Shown: positions 62,187 through 64,000 of the stretch, piece after piece
Numbering within the stretch: the stretch's first letter is position 1
Layout: every line of letters begins with the position of its first letter
Source of the DNA: an uncultured Anaerolineales bacterium
GTDB lineage: Bacteria > Chloroflexota > Anaerolineae > Anaerolineales > UBA11858
Assembly: GCA_964629085.1 (NCBI GenBank)
Contig: CAZVPR010000016.1
Coordinates: 102 to 64,101 of the forward strand
Reading direction: 5' to 3'
DNA: 64,000 bases
Made by a program: the position numbers and the translations under genes
The notes under the pieces: generated by a model
The model's database searches: none
What the model saw: only the letters and a program-made list of their open reading frames with translations
Told to the model about the DNA's origin: nothing

Positions 62187-62921
62187 CTATGGGAAAAGAT
62201 AGGGGTGGCTGGGCTGATCGGTATCTTTGACGCTTTCGGCCACGATCAGAGGCAGCGTCTGGTCCTCGACCTGCACCACCTGAACTTTGCCGCGCACGTG
62301 TACCCAGGCGTTGTCACTCATTTCGGCAGCCTGCGGCCATTCCACCACCATCCCGATGGCAAAAGCATCTGCCACGCAGCAGGTCACCGCCAACCGTCCG
62401 ACCAGAAATTGGTTTTCAGACAGCCGGGGATCGTGATAGACAAAGCCGATTACGTCAGCGGTTTCACCGGCGAAAGCCTGGGGATTCTCAGAATAGTTGA
62501 AGGCCCTGGTCCAGTCGAGAATATTGCGCTGATCTGCCGGCGTGTTTAGCTCAACACCAACTGCGGACTGATCAGCGGCGAACAAACCTTCACTGGAAAT
62601 CCCCCGGCTCTGAATGACGCTGGCATCCAATGGCTTGGCAGGGATGATAAAGCCAAGCAAAAGCGGGATCGCGACGATAACCAACGACCAGGTGTTGCTG
62701 TCTCCGTGGTGGTGATGCTCGTGTTCGTGATCGTGGTCATTTCGATAAGCCAGGACAATATACCCCAAGAGCAGAAATCCAGCCGCAGCCAGGGTCACCA
62801 GGTAGAAAAAGCGTTGATTAATGTAGAAATACAACTTGCCAGAGAAAAACTTATGGAACAGAAGCCCGCCCAAACCCAGTAAGATCAGCCCTTGAAGAAT
62901 ACGAGAAATTTTAGAAGACAT
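62187..62921 (-). CDS. TIGR03943/DUF1980 family membrane protein with His-rich loop (partner of DUF318 permease)
   Basis: Two N-terminal TMs, the His-rich loop NDHDHEHEHHHHGD, and the C-terminal GRLAVTCCVADAFAIG motif. It lies 9 nt after the permease gene. Confidence 0.75.
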   Translation of the reverse strand: MSSKISRILQGLILLGLGGLLFHKFFSGKLYFYINQRFFYLVTLAAAGFLLLGYIVLAYRNDHDHEHEHHHHGDSNTWSLVIVAIPLLLGFIIPAKPLDASVIQSRGISSEGLFAADQSAVGVELNTPADQRNILDWTRAFNYSENPQAFAGETADVIGFVYHDPRLSENQFLVGRLAVTCCVADAFAIGMVVEWPQAAEMSDNAWVHVRGKVQVVQVEDQTLPLIVAESVKDTDQPSHPYLFP

Positions 62922-62930
62922 CTAAATACC

Positions 62931-63944
62931 TCAAAAGGGAGTGTAATAATTCAAAACGACAGCCGCCAGAATGGTCATCAATAAGGGCAGGGCGATCAGG
63001 TAGACGACCGTTTTGCGGCGGAATACCTGTAAGAACATCAGTGCACTCTTGATATCGACCATGGGGCCGAACACCAAAAAAGCCAGGATCGACCCGTTGG
63101 TAAAAGTGCCCACAAAGGCCAGCGAGACAAAAGCGTCCACTGTGGAACAAATCGACAGAATCACAGCTAACAAGATCATGACGATAATTGATGAAAATGG
63201 TCCTTTGCCCAACGCCAGCAGCGCTGATTGGGGAATGAAAGTTTGCATCAGGGCAGCCAGCATGGCTCCAATGATCAGGTAACGCCCCATTTCGAAGAAC
63301 TCATCGGCGGCGTGCTGCAAAACGCGCCGCAAGCGTGTTGTGAGCGGCAACTCGACTTTGGGTTCGGGAGCATCATCGCTTGCGCCTACAATAGGTGCTA
63401 GCGAGCCCGGTTTCAACAGCCACCAGGGGTATTTCTGCACCGAGAAGATCAAACCGACAATGGTAGCAATGGCCATACTCAAGCCAATCCGAAGCCAGAG
63501 CATGGGACCCCAGCCGTAGGCGGCGTACGTGCTGGCGATGACGATCGGGTTTAGTACTGGTGAGGCCAGTAAAAAGGCTACGCCCACCGAGGGAGCCAGG
63601 CCTTTCTTGAAAAGTCGCCGGGTTAGTGGTACTACGCCGCACTCGCAAACAGGGAAGAATAGACCCATCAGCCCCCCGGTCAGCGCACCTAAAAGGGGGT
63701 TCTTGGGAATAAAGCGGCGTAGTTGATCGCGGCTGAAGAATACTTCCACGATGCCGGATGCCAGGGTGCCAAATAACAAAAAAGGCGCAGCCTCGATGAA
63801 GATACCCAGGAAAATCGTTGTAAACATCGAGAGTTGGTCTGGGATCGAGAGCGCACCACTGCGGATACTTTGCAATGCGACCACGAGGAAAAACAATGCC
63901 AGTCCTAATACCAACGCACCAAAAAATTCCCTAACTCTTTTCAT
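62931..63944 (-). CDS. DUF318 (ArsP-like) family permease
   Basis: 337 aa, polytopic, with the conserved [15 protein letters not shown] motif. Confidence 0.8.
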   Translation of the reverse strand: MKRVREFFGALVLGLALFFLVVALQSIRSGALSIPDQLSMFTTIFLGIFIEAAPFLLFGTLASGIVEVFFSRDQLRRFIPKNPLLGALTGGLMGLFFPVCECGVVPLTRRLFKKGLAPSVGVAFLLASPVLNPIVIASTYAAYGWGPMLWLRIGLSMAIATIVGLIFSVQKYPWWLLKPGSLAPIVGASDDAPEPKVELPLTTRLRRVLQHAADEFFEMGRYLIIGAMLAALMQTFIPQSALLALGKGPFSSIIVMILLAVILSICSTVDAFVSLAFVGTFTNGSILAFLVFGPMVDIKSALMFLQVFRRKTVVYLIALPLLMTILAAVVLNYYTPF

Positions 63945-64000
63945 GGCCCATATTCTACCGTCAATTTGTGTGAGGATTCTAAATTGGCGCGTAATTTCTT

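Overview
This 64-kb window looks like a chromosomal segment with about 60 protein-coding genes, high coding density and moderate GC. I recognised no rRNA, tRNA or CRISPR array by eye. The gene content suggests a Chloroflexota (Anaerolineae-like) genome, but that is inference only. The supporting signs are secreted proteins with Pro/Thr-rich linkers, LysM proteins, the histidine-phosphatase/DUF3090/SCO1664 triad, and many GC-rich palindromic intergenic elements.

Recognisable content:
- Two flavodoxin-fold genes, a short UvrA paralogue, and two divergent SDR genes with a TetR regulator and a 38-nt palindromic operator.
- rarA, hom, miaB, an acyl-CoA mutase large subunit, and an ECF sigma factor with a C-terminal extension.
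- Metal systems: two Fur paralogues, cbiM(PDGLE)-cbiQ-cbiO, modAB, and a DUF318 permease with a His-rich TIGR03943 partner.
- An attEFGH-like ABC/AttH operon and a GHMP-kinase/NDP-sugar-pyrophosphorylase fusion.

Candidates for something undescribed:
1. A six-gene envelope cluster of unrecognisable proteins (7197-13974). It is built around a type-I membrane protein with five to six 8-Cys repeat modules and a tail-anchored partner.
2. The divergent pair next to it (14100-16703): a coiled-coil protein with a GyrA-CTD-like beta-pinwheel, plus an Hsp70 ATPase domain without a substrate-binding domain.
3. A cyclic-nucleotide module (32861-36848): a stand-alone cNMP-binding protein, a CHASE3-HAMP cyclase, and two translationally coupled CHASE3-HAMP paralogues with no output domain.
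4. A small AT-rich accessory islet (19293-21413). It holds a RayT/IS200-like Y1 transposase gene and a two-gene nucleotidyltransferase cassette flanked by a 63-nt duplication of the rarA promoter and start codon.

Several decayed genes and at least five sequence families of palindromic or phased intergenic repeats are also present. All family assignments come from motif recognition by eye; no database search was run.
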